From: Lama glama
Lineage: Eukaryota
Reading direction: 5' to 3'
Length of the DNA: 64,000 nt
Assembly (NCBI GenBank): GCA_028534125.1
Contig: CM052818.1
Location: 38,132,001-38,196,000, forward strand
Below, one piece after another: positions 35,792 through 48,767 of the stretch (the stretch's first letter is position 1; each line of letters starts with the position of its first letter). Position numbers and translations under genes: made by a program. A model generated the notes under the pieces. That model was given only the letters and a program-made list of their open reading frames with translations, was not told the DNA's origin and made no database searches.

Positions 35792-36748
35792 CAAGGATTG
35801 TAAAACTAGCTCCCTCGGGTTAAATCTGGCCTGTTTTTGTATGGCCTGTGAGCTAAGAATAATTTTTACATTTTTTAAAAGGTTGGGGAAAAAATCAGAA
35901 GAAGAATAAAATTCTGTATCACTTATATAAAATTCAAATTTTAGTGTGCTTTACTGGAACATAGTGTCAAGATAATGATTTTTATTAACAAGTCTAGATT
36001 TAGTAAAGAGAGATTTTATTCAACAGGATTACTGCCGGGCAGGGGAGTGGGGGACTACTGCAATATGGAAAGGGGAACTTTTGCAATAGAATAAAGGCTC
36101 TGAACATAAAATCACCATCTCAAGGGTTAGGAGAAAAGGGATTTTCTCTTCTAGAAGGGGATGAACAGGTTAGAAAGAACTGAGTGTGGGGAAGTGGTTT
36201 AAAAGGGTGATGTGATGGGACCGCAGATGGAACAGCAGACTATTTCCTGCTGAGGCCAGCCTGTTTTCTCGGGGCAGCCCTTAAGGAGGGACTGTTGCTG
36301 GCTCAGGCTGACGGCAGCCTGAAGTTCAGAGACCCGAGGGAAGGTGAGAATCTTAACCAAAGTTTTGTTTAAAACCACTTTGCTCCCATTCATCAGTGAG
36401 GACAAAACAGTTCAGCTAATTATTTATGAGGCAAAAAATAGAAATCTGGAGGCTTTGTGGCTGGCTCTGTCACCGGCAAACACGGGGCATCCCTGAGTCT
36501 TACCTAAATTGCAGGGGAAGGTGGTTCTTTGCAGCAAGCCATTTCCTAGAAGATGGCAGGGTGAGGGGTTTCCTAACCTTTCTGTTTTCCAGGATCCCAG
36601 GGCTCGGGTAAAATTCACCCTTGTCGGCAGCCATGCCCATCCATTCTGTATTGTCTGTGGCTGCTTCCGCGCTGCAAGGCACAGAGCCCTATGGTCCTCA
36701 AAGCTATTTACTACTGCCATGTTACAGAACAAGTTTACTGACTCCTAT
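35792..36748. mobile_element. MER58 (hAT-Charlie) split by an LTR (parts 35792-35964 and 36627-36748)
   Basis: aaatctggcctgtttttgtatggcctgtgagctaagaat...ttactggaacatag | gcagccatgcccatccatt...tattgtctgtggctgcttcc. Confidence 0.85.
35965..36626 (-). mobile_element. ERV1-class solo LTR (MER31/MER67-like)
   Basis: Starts tgtcaagat...agattttattc (antisense polyA signal), ends ttgtcg; 4-bp TSD remnant atag/gcag. Confidence 0.75.
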
Positions 36749-36849
36749 ATAAAGGAATTGTGGGCGGAGCGGGGGAGGAATTCTGGTTCAACTGGTAATA
36801 ATTGGGAGTGATGTAATACACTAAAATAAAAGTAGCTTAGCAAACTCAA

Positions 36850-37090
36850 CCTCCCAGACTCCAGTGAGGTCTCCGGGAAGACATTCCCTTCTGACTCCTG
36901 CCTCAGGAAGTAGCCTCCTCCCGGTGCCCATGACACCCTCCCGTGCCTGCCTCCTGGCATTCACTCACTGTGTTGTTAATGCCTGTCTCCTCCCCAGGTA
37001 CTAAATTCCTTGAAAGAATAAGGTTTTGCCTTCTTCGAATTCTTAACACCTAGAATAGCACCTGGAAATCAGGAGCATGAAGAAAACAAC
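36850..37090 (+). mobile_element. L2 3' region
   Basis: ctccgggaagacattccc...tgcctgtctcctcccc...aaattccttgaaag...cctagaatagcacctgg. Confidence 0.75.
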
Positions 37091-37329
37091 ACAGGAACAA
37101 ACAAACTTTGATATTCAAGTCATTACTAACAACCTATTGCCAAAGACAAGTCTGGCTCCAGGGAGAAGGGAGGAGCAACCTTTAATCACACCGTGCATAT
37201 GCAAACAGCTCCTGTTGGAGGGCTCGGAAACACTTTGTTCTCTTTAGTAGGTTAAATATGCCTCTCCACAAACGTGTTAACATCCTTCCTTTGCTTAGCA
37301 AATCCTCTTTTCATGATCTGTTCAAAGGT

Positions 37330-38680
37330 AAACTTCCTCCCCAGGTTGGGTTATCATCGCCTCCGTATCTGCGTGCATGTGTTAAGCTCATCTCTCCCAT
37401 TTTAAAAAGAAATTACCCTCCAGCCCCTATACTCACCTCAAATATCAACTAACTTTTCTCTTCACTTCCATAGCCAAATATCTTTAACAAGTCATTGACA
37501 TCGTCCCTTCGAAAACTTATTTGTACCTTTAGCGACTTTCTGGATACCAAGTCTCCTTTGCCAGCTCTCAAAGGCTGATGTTTCTCCAAGCTTCCAGGTG
37601 GGTTCTTTTCTAACGCTATGCAGTCTTCTTGAACAAGCTCACGTCCATGACTGAAAGGACTATCTAAGGCTCATGGTAGACAAATCAGCGCTTCCAGATC
37701 TTACGAGCGTCTGTGAGTTCAGGGACTACAACCACACCTCGCCTCTTAGACACCTTTACTTGAATGGTCCAAAGACACTTAAAACTTAACGCCTCTGCAA
37801 CAGAACTGAAGCCCTCTTCCCCAGGCCCCAGGTTCTGCATCTTGGATCTCCTGTCTCAGTTAATACCACCATTGTCTCCCATGGATTATCCAGAATGTCC
37901 CTCATAGAATTAGGCACCAAGCCTATTGACTTTACCTCCTAAATGGTCCCCAAATAGCTTCACATCTCACCATCCTCCCTGCCTCCATAGTGCTTCTCAT
38001 AACAATATCTGTACCTGGTTTTAATCCCTGTAACAATCTCTTAACCCGTTTCCCAGCCGTCTGTATTACCCACTGTAGAACACCTTTTCCTTCATTCTAC
38101 AATGCAAATTTGATCAAGGTGCACATCAGCTTAAAAATACTTTAGGATAAGTCCAAACTCCTTCATATGATTTTAAAGAACCTTCGAGACTCCTGTCTTG
38201 CTTTTCCCCCCACTCTGCACCCTGTCACACACGCTAGCCTCCAAAAGCCCCCACACAAAAGAACTCTGTTTTTCGAGTATGTCTTTCTCTAGCCTCTAAT
38301 CCTTTTTTACGGGATGTTTTATCCTTTCAGGGTCCCTTTTCCCTACCCAGATCTTCCCTTTGTTCCCCTCAATATGGATTCGTCATCCATCTCCCAGCTT
38401 AGAGATCCATTTCTCTAAGAAGTTTTCTGTGTGGCTTCTGCCCCACCACCATGTCTGCTGGGGGGCCTTTCCATCTCTCTCAGAACCCTGTGTTTCTCCT
38501 CCCACAGCACATATCACATTGTGCTTTAATTGCCTATATCCTCATCCAAGTCACACATAATTGGCATGTTTGCTGAAATCAGAACACATGTTTGGAATTG
38601 TCTGTCATGTATTCCTAAAACTATTACACCACCTGGCGCATAGTTGGTATTCAGTAAGTAAGTGTAAAATAAATGGAAAA
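37330..38680 (+). mobile_element. long L2 fragment (RT remnant to 3' end)
   Basis: tctcccattttaaaaag (SPILK motif)...gacacctttacttgaatggtcc...aatgcaaatttgatca...cctggcgcatagttggtattcagtaag. Confidence 0.85.
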
Positions 38681-40089
38681 ATGACATCTTCTTTTCTGTG
38701 CTTCAGTGGAAATTGGGGGGAAAAAACCCTCCCTTTTGCCTCATTCAAAATAACTGGCACTGATTATTCTATAAGCGATCCGTTTTTAGGCCCACAGCTA
38801 TTGAAATAACCTGAAAAAACTAAAAAGCCTGTGGGGCATGAAAGAAGATTCTACCCAGAGAGTCACTGTTGTTTGGCTATTGTCACTGTTCGTGTTGTTT
38901 TCTAGATTAGCCCCGTTTCTTTGATTGACTTTGGTAATTGGGGATAAGGTCTTAAATGACAATGCAAGATGTTCATAAATGCTAAGTGAAGTGTAAGGAT
39001 GCTTCAGAACTGCTCCATGGAAGTAACTGCCTCCCTCCTCCTGCACCTCTCCACTCTCTGCTTTTTGAAGCCCACCTTGAAATGTGTTAACTTGCCTCTG
39101 CTTCCCTCTCTTCAGAACCCACATGCACACCAGAAGCATTTCATCCACTGCCGGCAAATCTCTAGAAAACTGGAACAGAACTTTTAAAAAGATACAAATC
39201 ATCGTAGGTTTGGCATCCCCCACATCATCCATTTCAGCTGATTTGCTATTAGCATCTGTGACGAGGCTTGGAGGTGGCTGCCAAACCCTGAATGTCACTG
39301 AGATGGAATTTAGCTGGTGGGGCTGAAGCCAGGCTCATTACTGTTCAGATTGTGAAGCTCCATGATTGTCCTCTCTCGCTAAGCGTGCCTCCGGTTGAGC
39401 ACAAAAAGCATAGATTGCTTTGCAAAATCCATCTTAATTAATCATAAATAGTGCCTGATGGGAAGATTGCCGCTTTCATCTTAGTTAAATAAAACACAAT
39501 CACCAAATCCTTTTCTTGCTCCAGGTTTTCACAGTATTGTGCAGGTTGCCTCCTTACATGTTTGAGATGCTAAGAGGTCTAATCGCATCAGTGTGTTACT
39601 GATAGCCTCATTAGGCTGTGCCATCAAGAGCTGTTCCCGGCCCCTTCTCCACCGGCAGAGCCAAGTCCCAGTGAGTTAAATGGGGACACTGGAATGGCAA
39701 AACAATTCCACTCCTTCCCAGCAGCTAATTAAGAAGGAGGGTAAAGCACCGTGTTAAAGACTTCAGTGAGTTTGCCTCGCAGCTCTTCAAGGGTGACCTT
39801 GTAGCAAACGGAGAAAGTACCGAAGAGAGTCACTGTTGCGTGGTGAATGATCATCAGGAAAGTTCAAACGCTACCGAATGGGTGGCTAAGTGTGCGTGCT
39901 TTCTTCTCTGCCCCTCCAAACCCACAAAATTTCCTTTCTGTACAAATACAGAAAGCAAATAATGAAGAACTTAACAATCTACTTAAATGGACAATATATA
40001 GTCAGCCTCTTGCACCAATAATATAAATGCTACATATTGGGGCATAAAGACGGCAGTTTGCCATGGGGCACCCATGGAATATAATGGGC

Positions 40090-40547
40090 CTGTGTGTCTG
40101 CATAATGAGTGGGGTAACTGCCCTTCTTTCTTGCCAGCCTCTATTTACAGAGCTAAAAAAAAAAGTTAAAAATTCAATTTCCCATCTTCTCTTGCAGCTT
40201 CAGGCGAGGACCTCTGATGCAGTGCTGATCAATGAAATGTAAGGAGAAATCTGCTAATACCACTCTGTCTTCCATCTTCTTCCTGCCTGAAATGAGGAAA
40301 AGTGGCAGTCGTTGGGACCAGCAAGACAAAAGCTACACGCTGAGGACAGGAAGGCAGGAAGAAAGAAGGAGGCTGATTCTTGATGCCATCTGGACTAGCC
40401 TTACAAACCCTGGATTTCCTATGCCCAGATCTTTTAGTACATAGCATAAATAGTAAATAGCTTTGAGGACCATAGGGCTCCTGTGTGTTTAAGTTACTAT
40501 TCATTTAGTCATCTGTTTCATATAGCAGAATCCAATCCTTTCTGATG
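40090..40547 (+). mobile_element. MLT1 (J/K-like) LTR
   Basis: caatgaaatgtaaggagaaatctgct...aaagctacacgctgaggac...cttgatgccatc...gtttaagttacta...atcctttctgat. Confidence 0.75.
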
Positions 40548-40769
40548 AAGAATACAAATGACTTATTATTACTTCCTGCCTTTTTTCTAAGACCTTCATA
40601 TGTTGTTTACTTCATGGGTTCAAACTGTATATCTGAGTATTGACAGAACAGTACCATGTAAAGAGATCAGATCTAATTCATCTTTTCCTTTGAAAATACA
40701 TGCGTTCTTAACATTCAGGAATTAATGTCCTGAACACTTCATCCAATTCTCAAATTCACAAATCCCATT

Positions 40770-41438
40770 TGTACCACTCAGAGTCCAGTCAGGAAAACAA
40801 AAACTACCCTATGTACTTCAACAGAGGGAATTTAACAGAGGGGATTTAATATGAGGAAAGAAGAGCCATCACTGAGGTAACCAAGAGATCAGCAGGGAGA
40901 CCACTCCCAAAGCTGGAGGGACAAGAGAGAAGTAAGCAGAACTTAAGAGCCCAGAGGAGAGCCTCAAAGAGTTGGTCAGATCTTGAAAAGGAGACACTTC
41001 CTGGCACGTGAACACATTTAGGATCACACAGGATCCCAATGGAGTTTGCGTGCAGGCCTCTGAGGAGGGAGGAGGTGGCCCTGCCAGGTCCTGCTGCTCT
41101 GGTCCTTCTATTGGGGCGTGATGAGGCTTCTTCCAGGAGTGCTGCAAGATGCTGGGCCTACGGCTGCAGCTGGGCTAACCTGCACTGCCTGAAGAGCTGC
41201 TGCTGCGGGGGTCATGCTGATAGAGCCATGAGCACACAGGAAAAAGAAAATGCCTTCTCCCCTCCTTCTCCCTTCCACTCTGCCCCCGCAGCCTCCTGTC
41301 GGCCAGACCTAACAGGAAGCAGCTGGAGAGAGTCTGGGAAATGTAGTTCACAACGTTCCAGCCCCAGCATCACATCCCAGAACAGAGTATAAGGGGGTAG
41401 ATGAGCAATTGTGACACTATAGATGAAGAACTGGCACA
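40770..41438 (-). mobile_element. LTR78-like solo LTR
   Basis: tgtaccactcagagtccagtcaggaaaac...tcaacagagggaatttaa...gagtctgggaaatgtagtt...ccagccccagcatcac...aactggcaca; TG...CA ends. Confidence 0.85.
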
Positions 41439-41741
41439 GCAGAAAATGCAGTGAAGAATGACTGAAGCACCAAAGCGATCCCACAGTGACAGTATTAACA
41501 CAAAACGAAAGCCATTTCTGAAAATATTAGGTTATTCCTCCATAAAAACAAACTTCTACTTTTCTGGTCAAAAATTGCCAATAATTTAAACATTTACTAA
41601 TGTTATTCTTCTCTTTCTTTTTTTCAAAATTAATGCATGGTCATTGTAGGAAGATTAATAATGGAAAATAAAAGCTACCTTCAATTTTATTATTTATATT
41701 TCTGACATAAATACTGTCAAAAAGTCCATATCTTTAATAAA

Positions 41742-41988
41742 CATAGATAAAATTTATTACAACCCACCAAGCACCATTTTAAGTGCTTTGCATATAGCAT
41801 ATCTTTTAATCCTCAAAACAACTCTATGAGTTAGATATGAATATTATCCACATTTTGCAGATGACAAAACTGAAGCCCAGATAGGTTGAGACCATCCAAG
41901 ATCATAAAGCTAGTAAGGAGTGGAACTGAGATTCAGATCTAGGCAATCAATCTCTAGAAATTGTATGCTTAACCATTACCCTGTATTA
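41742..41988 (-). mobile_element. MIR SINE
   Basis: tttaatcctcaaaacaactctatgag...cattttgcagatgacaaaactgaagcccaga. Confidence 0.9.
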
Positions 41989-42199
41989 CTCCTTTCCCTA
42001 TATTGTCTTGGGTGATTTAAATTCCCCTTTTGCCACCACATATAATAAATATTTCTTTTACTTAGTAACATACAAGGTGGAAGTATCATTATCCTTATTT
42101 CCTTAGGCTTAAATCTTAGACATGAAATTATAAAGTCAAAGGATTTGCCATATTTCAAAATTTGGAAAAATATCTAGTTATTCTTGAAGGTTATAATTA

Positions 42200-42900
42200 G
42201 TTTTAATCTCAAAAGTATATTGTGAGAGTTCTGTTGCCAAGTCTTATCAAAACAATAATTTAGCTTTTTCACTCTTTGGTAGTTTATGTTTCTCTATTGT
42301 ATGTCCATTATGCATTTCACAAATACCCTAAATTTGTCCTCATGGGTCTCATACTTTTTCTCATTAACTCCTGGGCAACTCCTTCAAGTTGATCTTCTAA
42401 TTCATTGATTTGTTTTTCTACAGAATCAGTGCTGCCATTCACAGGTTTCTTTCCAGTTTTAAATTCAGCAGCCATATTTTCAACTTCCAATTAATCATTC
42501 CTAACCTCCGATTGTTTCATAATTATAAGTTCATTTCCAACCAAAAGTCAGCAGAAGGAAGGAAATAATGAAGATCATGGAGGAAAGATAAATTCATTTC
42601 CTAAGAGGTACAAAAACATTTCACATCAGGTTTAGAATACGAATTAGACATTTTCTCAGAATTTTTTTCCTGTCTCTTATTAGGAATTATTTACAAGGAT
42701 GTATGTGCTCATACTTTCTTATTATGAACTGAAAAATTATTATGTATGTCTGGTAATTTTCTAGTTATTTCTTCCCATGGACTAAGAAACAAATGTGTCC
42801 AGTTATGATGGGTCTGTTTGAAATCATGGGTGCTTCTATTCAAGGATTTCCAGCAAAGATAAATGGAAAAGAAAGAATTTTTAATTTAGTATAGCTTTTC
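42200..42900 (-). mobile_element. old L1/HAL1-type ORF1 region, with a small sense L1 ORF2 piece at ~42538-42590
   Basis: tcttctaattcattgatttgtttttctacagaatcagtgctgccattcac... antisense; aaagtcagcagaaggaaggaaataatgaagatca sense. Confidence 0.5.
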
Positions 42901-43000
42901 TTTGCCCTATTACAATTCTATAGCCTTTAGAAATAACAAGACCCCTCAATCATCGGCCAGCAAATACTTCACAAAAGAACCAAGAACAGTCTTTTGCACC

Positions 43001-43522
43001 GTGAAAGAATAAGAAATGTATATTTTGGTCTCTGCCCCTGGTCCCTAACAGAGAGTTCCTTTAGGAACTTACAGGGTTTTAACCCCTGTAAACAGGGGTG
43101 TTAGGAGAATCTTTTGTTCCAACATTTAATCTTTGGCCCCAGTTCCTAACACAGAGTTCCTAAATCTTTGGAATTTCCTGGGTGACAGCGCTGTCTTTTG
43201 CTCTAATGAGGTGACTCTTGGTGAGCTTCTGGACCAAGCTATAATTAGAAGTCTGGAATTTTCAGCCCCATCTCCCATTCTCCAGAGAAGGGAAAGGGGC
43301 TGGAAAAGAGGTTAATAATCAATCATGCTTACATGATGAAGACTCCATAAAAATCCTAATAGTATGGGGTTCAGGGAGCTTCTGGGTTGGTGATCACATG
43401 TACATGCCAAGAGGTTTGCACACCCTGACTCCAGGGGGACAGAAGGGCCTGCTCTTGGGACCCTGTCAGACCTTGCTCTTTATATCTTCATCTGGCTATC
43501 ATTTGTATCCTTTATCATAGCC
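43001..43522 (+). mobile_element. MER21-type (ERVL) LTR
   Basis: aagaaatgtatattttggtctctgcccc...ttggaatttcctgggtgac...aatcaatcatgcttacatgatgaagactccataaaaatcc...gagcttctgggttggtga. Confidence 0.9.
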
Positions 43523-43578
43523 TATTATATTATATTATATTATATTATATTATATTATATTACATTATATTATATTAT
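43523..43578. repeat. (ATATT)n pentanucleotide repeat
   Basis: Directly visible. Confidence 0.95.
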
Positions 43579-45111
43579 GGGTAGCCTTGTGAGGTGAAGG
43601 GGATAAAAATGAAAATGCCATTCTAAAGTATGCTGATGAGACTGAGATTAAAAGCCATGTGATGTCCATCAGAGAAGTCAAACTTAATTGTCAGGAAGCA
43701 GTAGAGAATACTGTTTTCAAAACACCAAGAAAAGTTTAAGTCATCTTGGCTCTTTGCAAGTGCTAAGTGAAGTCTGTATCTATCTTGGGTATTCTTGGAT
43801 ATTCTTGCTCAAGGAAACAGACATGTGCAACAGGTCTCCACTGGTAATTTTCCAAGGCAAGTTCACTTGTTTAAACATGGAATTATCAATGTGTCCTAAA
43901 AGTTCCTACTTAGATCCTTCATGTCCTCCCCTTGCCACTGAAGAATGGCTTTACCAGTCATTACTAGTAGCTGCAACAAGTCAATGTGTGATTATTTAGA
44001 AAGTATCATAAAACAAATTCCCTTAAAAGAAGGAAGGCAATGAAAAAAAGAGGAAGAATTTTTGAGGATTTAGGTTAAGGGGTCATCATGATGATATCCT
44101 GTAAGTTAAATAAAAGAATCCTTTCTTATCTCACAAACTAGTCCATCTTCTCAACAAACACAAGACACATTTGTCACTAGAACTGTAGCACAAATTAAAT
44201 AATAATAATGAGCTTCATAACTGTTGGAGATCTGCCCAACACTAAAGATGCAAAAGATGGAAGAGAACTGTGATAATGAATAAGAACATAAGGATAAAGG
44301 ATAAACTTCAGCAAACAAAAAGCTTAAACTGGGAAAGTCACCTCATGCTGTCAATATTAAAAATGGGCCCATCATGGAGTCTGCCAATGTGCAAATACAG
44401 TTGTTCATCAAACCTGCCAAGTCAAATAAGAGCTAAAATGATGGTCAGATGATGGGTACAAATCCATCCCCATCACCCACCTGGATGTCTATGAAAAGTG
44501 ACTTGAAAGAATGTCTAATTCACATATGCCAATAAAAGATTACTAACAGGGCTGATGCAAATTAAAGTGCATTCTCAACTTGAAGACCAGACAGGAAGTA
44601 TCCTTTTTTTCTATTCTTCAGTTTAGATCTCAGCACAACTTTTACAATCCTCTGAGGGCAGTGATCCAAGCAGTTGCATTACCACGTTTATGAGACTTAG
44701 CCCATTCTCTGAACAGATCTGGCTCTGAATGTGCCCTCAGGTACATTAAAGTTAACACTCAGAGTGGTGAGAGATGGGAAAAGGAGCAACAAATGGGCAA
44801 GACAGGGTTTTGCTGGATTAATGTGACTATGTTAGAGTCAGGAACAAAATCATATAAACTTAGAATGTAAACTCTATCTACCCGTCTTCTGTCATGGAAA
44901 TCCATCCAGTATTGGGCCAGTTGGAAAGCATATCATATATTAAGTTGAATTTCAGCGTGGGTCATGACTTCTCAAATTGGGATCATATTGGTCACCTCCT
45001 TTGAAAGTAATCAGTTGGTTGGCTGGGTTTACACGGAGGAATCCAGGGTACGTAAGCCCCCTTAGCTAGTATTCTAAGTCAAAATGTTACTTTGGATCTA
45101 AACACGACATT

Positions 45112-45470
45112 TCAATCAGTCAGAAGCAATTATTATCCATTTACCCAAGACCTTGTGGTCAAAGAAATATAAGGAAGCTCTTGGGGGGATCACAATCTAA
45201 TTGATAAAATAAGAAAATAATAACTTTTAGAAAAAACAGCAAAAGCAGGCCATTATAATTCAGTTATTAGCTATGTGTTAGAGACTGCACATCGTCTCAG
45301 AGTTTAGGAAAGGTGATTGCAGCATTAGGCTAGCACAACCAGAGAAACCTGAATTGCAGTGGTAAGATCTGAATGAAGCCTTGATCAATAGGACTTGATT
45401 AAGTAGAAGGAGAGAATATTTTAGGCAAAAGAAATAACACTAGCAGAGGCAAGGTGAGAAGAAGAGGGAG
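45112..45470 (-). mobile_element. L2 fragment
   Basis: tcaatcagtcagaagcaattatt...gatcacaatctaattg...atctgaatgaagccttga...taggcaaaagaaataacac. Confidence 0.65.
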
Positions 45471-46969
45471 AATCATTCATTTTTTTAAATTTTTTTACTT
45501 TACACTGAATAAGCACTTCCTTGCCTCTTGACTTTTCTGCATTGTTTTAACAACTATCTGAGAACTAGTTAAATGATGAATGGCCCCAGAAAAAAAAAAG
45601 GTGGAGCATATAAATGAGTGATAGAAGATTTAAAAAAAGAGAAAATCATCAGGAGGCGTAACCATAAAAGGAAAATTAAATTGCTGGGACTACATAATGG
45701 ATTCAAATTTTCAATCACAAACTGATATATGCAAAATTGTAACTTATTTTTCTATAGTCAAATATAATTTCTATCATTACGCTCCCATTTCTGCTCAGTA
45801 GCAGAAAACTGATATCAAGTTGCTTTCAGGTAAATTTCTTCCCATTCAGGCACTTCTCAGTCAATTCAGGTTTATAATGTAGCCGTATTCAGATTTTTAA
45901 AATCACTCTCAGATTTTATTCTCTCTCTCCCTTTCCCCGTATTGACTCAGATCTCTAGGAAACTTAAACAACTGCCATTACAAAAGTAATAATGGAGGGG
46001 GGAAAGAAAAGAGGAGTTCTATTCCATAGTTTCTTTATGGTTACATCATAGGCTGACCTTCTGTGAGATTTACGTGGTCTTATGTGGTCACACTGACGCC
46101 CACTGAGGTGACCAGTCATCCGGCCAAGGGTTTGGCTTGATGGTCTCTGTTCCTGTTACTTTACAGGTGTCCTAGGTCCTGCCTAGGATAATTTGTAGAC
46201 CCTGTATGGTTATTTGGACTCTTCCTTGTTCATATTCTCAGGTTTTCCATGCTGTTTCAGTCCTCCCTCAGCCCTTCTACACTTTTCCCATGGGCATTGG
46301 GAGGGGCAGCCTCTCTGCCGGCCCATCCTGAAGCCCAAGAAGGCTTTGAGTTGCCAAATACACACACTTTGCTCCTAACAAACCACTGAGCATCTCTTTT
46401 CTAGAATTTCTGCATTACATCCAAGAGACACATCAGCTATCACTTGCCTATCACCAGAAGTCTGGGCTGGATAGGCACAGCTCTGCTACACACTGATCCT
46501 GCTTGTATTTGTCCACCCCATCCTCTTGCCCAAAATCCCCAGGGCAGGTACAAACTATGCCAGAGAGCCAATAAATGCCCTCTCCCCTTCTTTACTCCTT
46601 TCTCTGATTGGAAGACTTTTGATTGACTTTATTCCAGAAGCTGGGTAGGAGAAGGAATTCAGACCTACCATATCTACACTCATTTTCAATTTTTGTTGCT
46701 TTATATCTAGGAATACCTCACGAAATTAAACACAAGGAATATGACATATTTATTATTTCTTCTTGGGATAGTTCAAAATTGAAAGTGTTATCAGCTCCTA
46801 AAATGAATGGTGAGAAAAGTATAACACACATGAAGATTATAACTCACCAGTCAGTCTACCATATGTAGGACTTTAAATATCAAAAAGCAAAATAATAAAT
46901 TGAAATGTAATGGTAACTTAAGACTCAGACAAGCTTTGAATATGATTTCTATTACTTTGGGAAAGGAAT

Positions 46970-47210
46970 TCCATTCATTTGCTTACTCATTCACACTCAT
47001 TCATTTATTCATTTAAAAATATTCATCAAACACCTGTGAGCGGCAAAGGTCCTGGATACACCAGCAGGCAAGCTTCTTGCTCTTGTTAAATGAACATTTA
47101 ATGGAGAAAAAGTAAACAAATAATTCCTAACAGAGGTTCCATGAGGAATTAGGGCATTGGGATTTAAAACTCCGGATGTGGGGGATATTTTAGATTCGTG
47201 GTTAGAATAA
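46970..47210 (-). mobile_element. L2 3' end
   Basis: (cattc)n-like tail, then aaatattcatcaaacacctg...cttgctcttgttaaatgaacatt. Confidence 0.7.
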
Positions 47211-48119
47211 GATTTTTTTCTCTTTAGCGTCTAATGAAGTCTGGACTTTTCGACCAAATAATGCTTGAGAAAGCTGTCTGTTTACTGCCTTACTGAGCTA
47301 GAAATACAGCTAACGAGAGTAGGCCCCACTGGCCTTCCTCCTCCTGAAATGGAACTCGGAAATGCTTGAAAACAAGGAGTGTTCCAGACTTGTTGTCGTG
47401 TGCTTTTGTGAGACTTTAATTGCTTTTGAATGCATATGAATGTCAATTCAAACCAGGCTAAATATGTCTTCTTGGAGACAGAGCATTTGGTCTTTCTTTC
47501 AACTTCTTTTGTTTACTTGAATCAGCTTTGTAGTTTAACAGATGTTTTTGGAGGAAATGGAGACATAAGCTTTTATAATGCTGAAAATTAAATGAGAAAC
47601 AATACTCTTCACCTTCCCCCAAAACGCGCAACCCTGCAAAACTGGCAACCCACCTGCACGGCAGGGAATTTTCACTTTTAGAGGGTACACCTTACTAAAA
47701 TGAAAGACATTTTTTTGTGTATCTGGAGTTCATTACATATTGTTCATTTCTTTGGGGAGATACATAATTGAATGTGTAAGTGATTATCCCTTTAGCCTTG
47801 GGGAAGGATAGTGTTTCCTAGATTCATAAAATTTTCTCCCTTTAATTAAAAATAAAATTACCATAGGAATAGGAATGCCTAGATTTTCTGGGCCAACCCT
47901 GCCTTCTGTTCTACCACATAAGCAAACTCCTTTCCCAAACTCAACAAACCTGCACACACACTCTCTCCATGCTTCTGCCGCCTTTTCTTATATGATGCTG
48001 CTCCCTTTAATTGTGGTGCCTTCTTCTTACCCAGATCCAACAATGAACATTTCTTGTGTGCTTCCCCCTCACTTGTGCCCTTGCTTCTCCAACACGATTC
48101 TAAGGTCCTCAGTGGAAGG

Positions 48120-48252
48120 TAACAGAATACAAATAGCACTAGCTTTGGAATCAAACAAACCTGTCCTAATTTTAACTCTGTAACTTTCTACATATGTGAT
48201 CTTGGACCAGTCAATTAACCTCCCCTAACCTCAGTATTCAATTCTGTTAAAT
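48120..48252 (+). mobile_element. MIR SINE
   Basis: agcactagctttggaatcaaacaaacctg...tgtgatcttggaccagtcaattaacctcccctaacctcagt. Confidence 0.8.
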
Positions 48253-48681
48253 TTCCTTCTATCTCTCAGAAAGGCTCTGCTTGTAAGTTTCATTTTTGGA
48301 CAGATCTGTTGTCTTTCGTGTGATTGCTGCAGGAGCTCTAGGCTCTACATGCTCACCACTTCAAGTATATCAGACAGGACAGAATGTCCTACCGAACAAC
48401 AAAGATTCAAAGTAACTCATAATGTTTATGTCACATTTCCAGAGCTGAACATATTACATGAGCCAGAGGAACACTATGTGTTGATTTGTTCCTTCGTGTT
48501 CTCCACAGTTAGATCTGGGCGTTCTGTGAATTCCATCAGAAGCACATGTACTGAGCACAGAGGAAAGAGTGGTCTGTTGTGGACATTTTTTCAAACAATT
48601 GGATACAAAAATGAGTGCATAAAGAAGTCAATTTGGTGAGTTGCAACCAAAAAGGCTTTTTGTTTTTGTTTTTATTTTTAG

Positions 48682-48767
48682 TAGATGGAACAGAAGGGGG
48701 CCGCACAGAAGAGAAAAATATGAAGAGAAGAGAAGAAAAACATCGGAGGATACCACAAGTGATAAAA
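48682..48767 (+). other. candidate purine-rich exon
   Basis: T-rich tract + tag/tag NAGNAG acceptor (48679-48684), GAA-rich body, AAA|GTAAGT donor. Confidence 0.3.

Noticed and set aside
37258..37452. ORF containing SPILKR as a functional reverse transcriptase
   Set aside because: Decayed L2 ORF2 remnant with stops and frameshifts.
38798..39298. Longest ORF (166 aa, minus strand)
   Set aside because: No recognisable family or coding-like composition; length is compatible with chance.
44622..44740. Possible plus-strand exon (ttctattcttcag| ... CAG|gtacat)
   Set aside because: Weak donor and stops in all frames; no further support.
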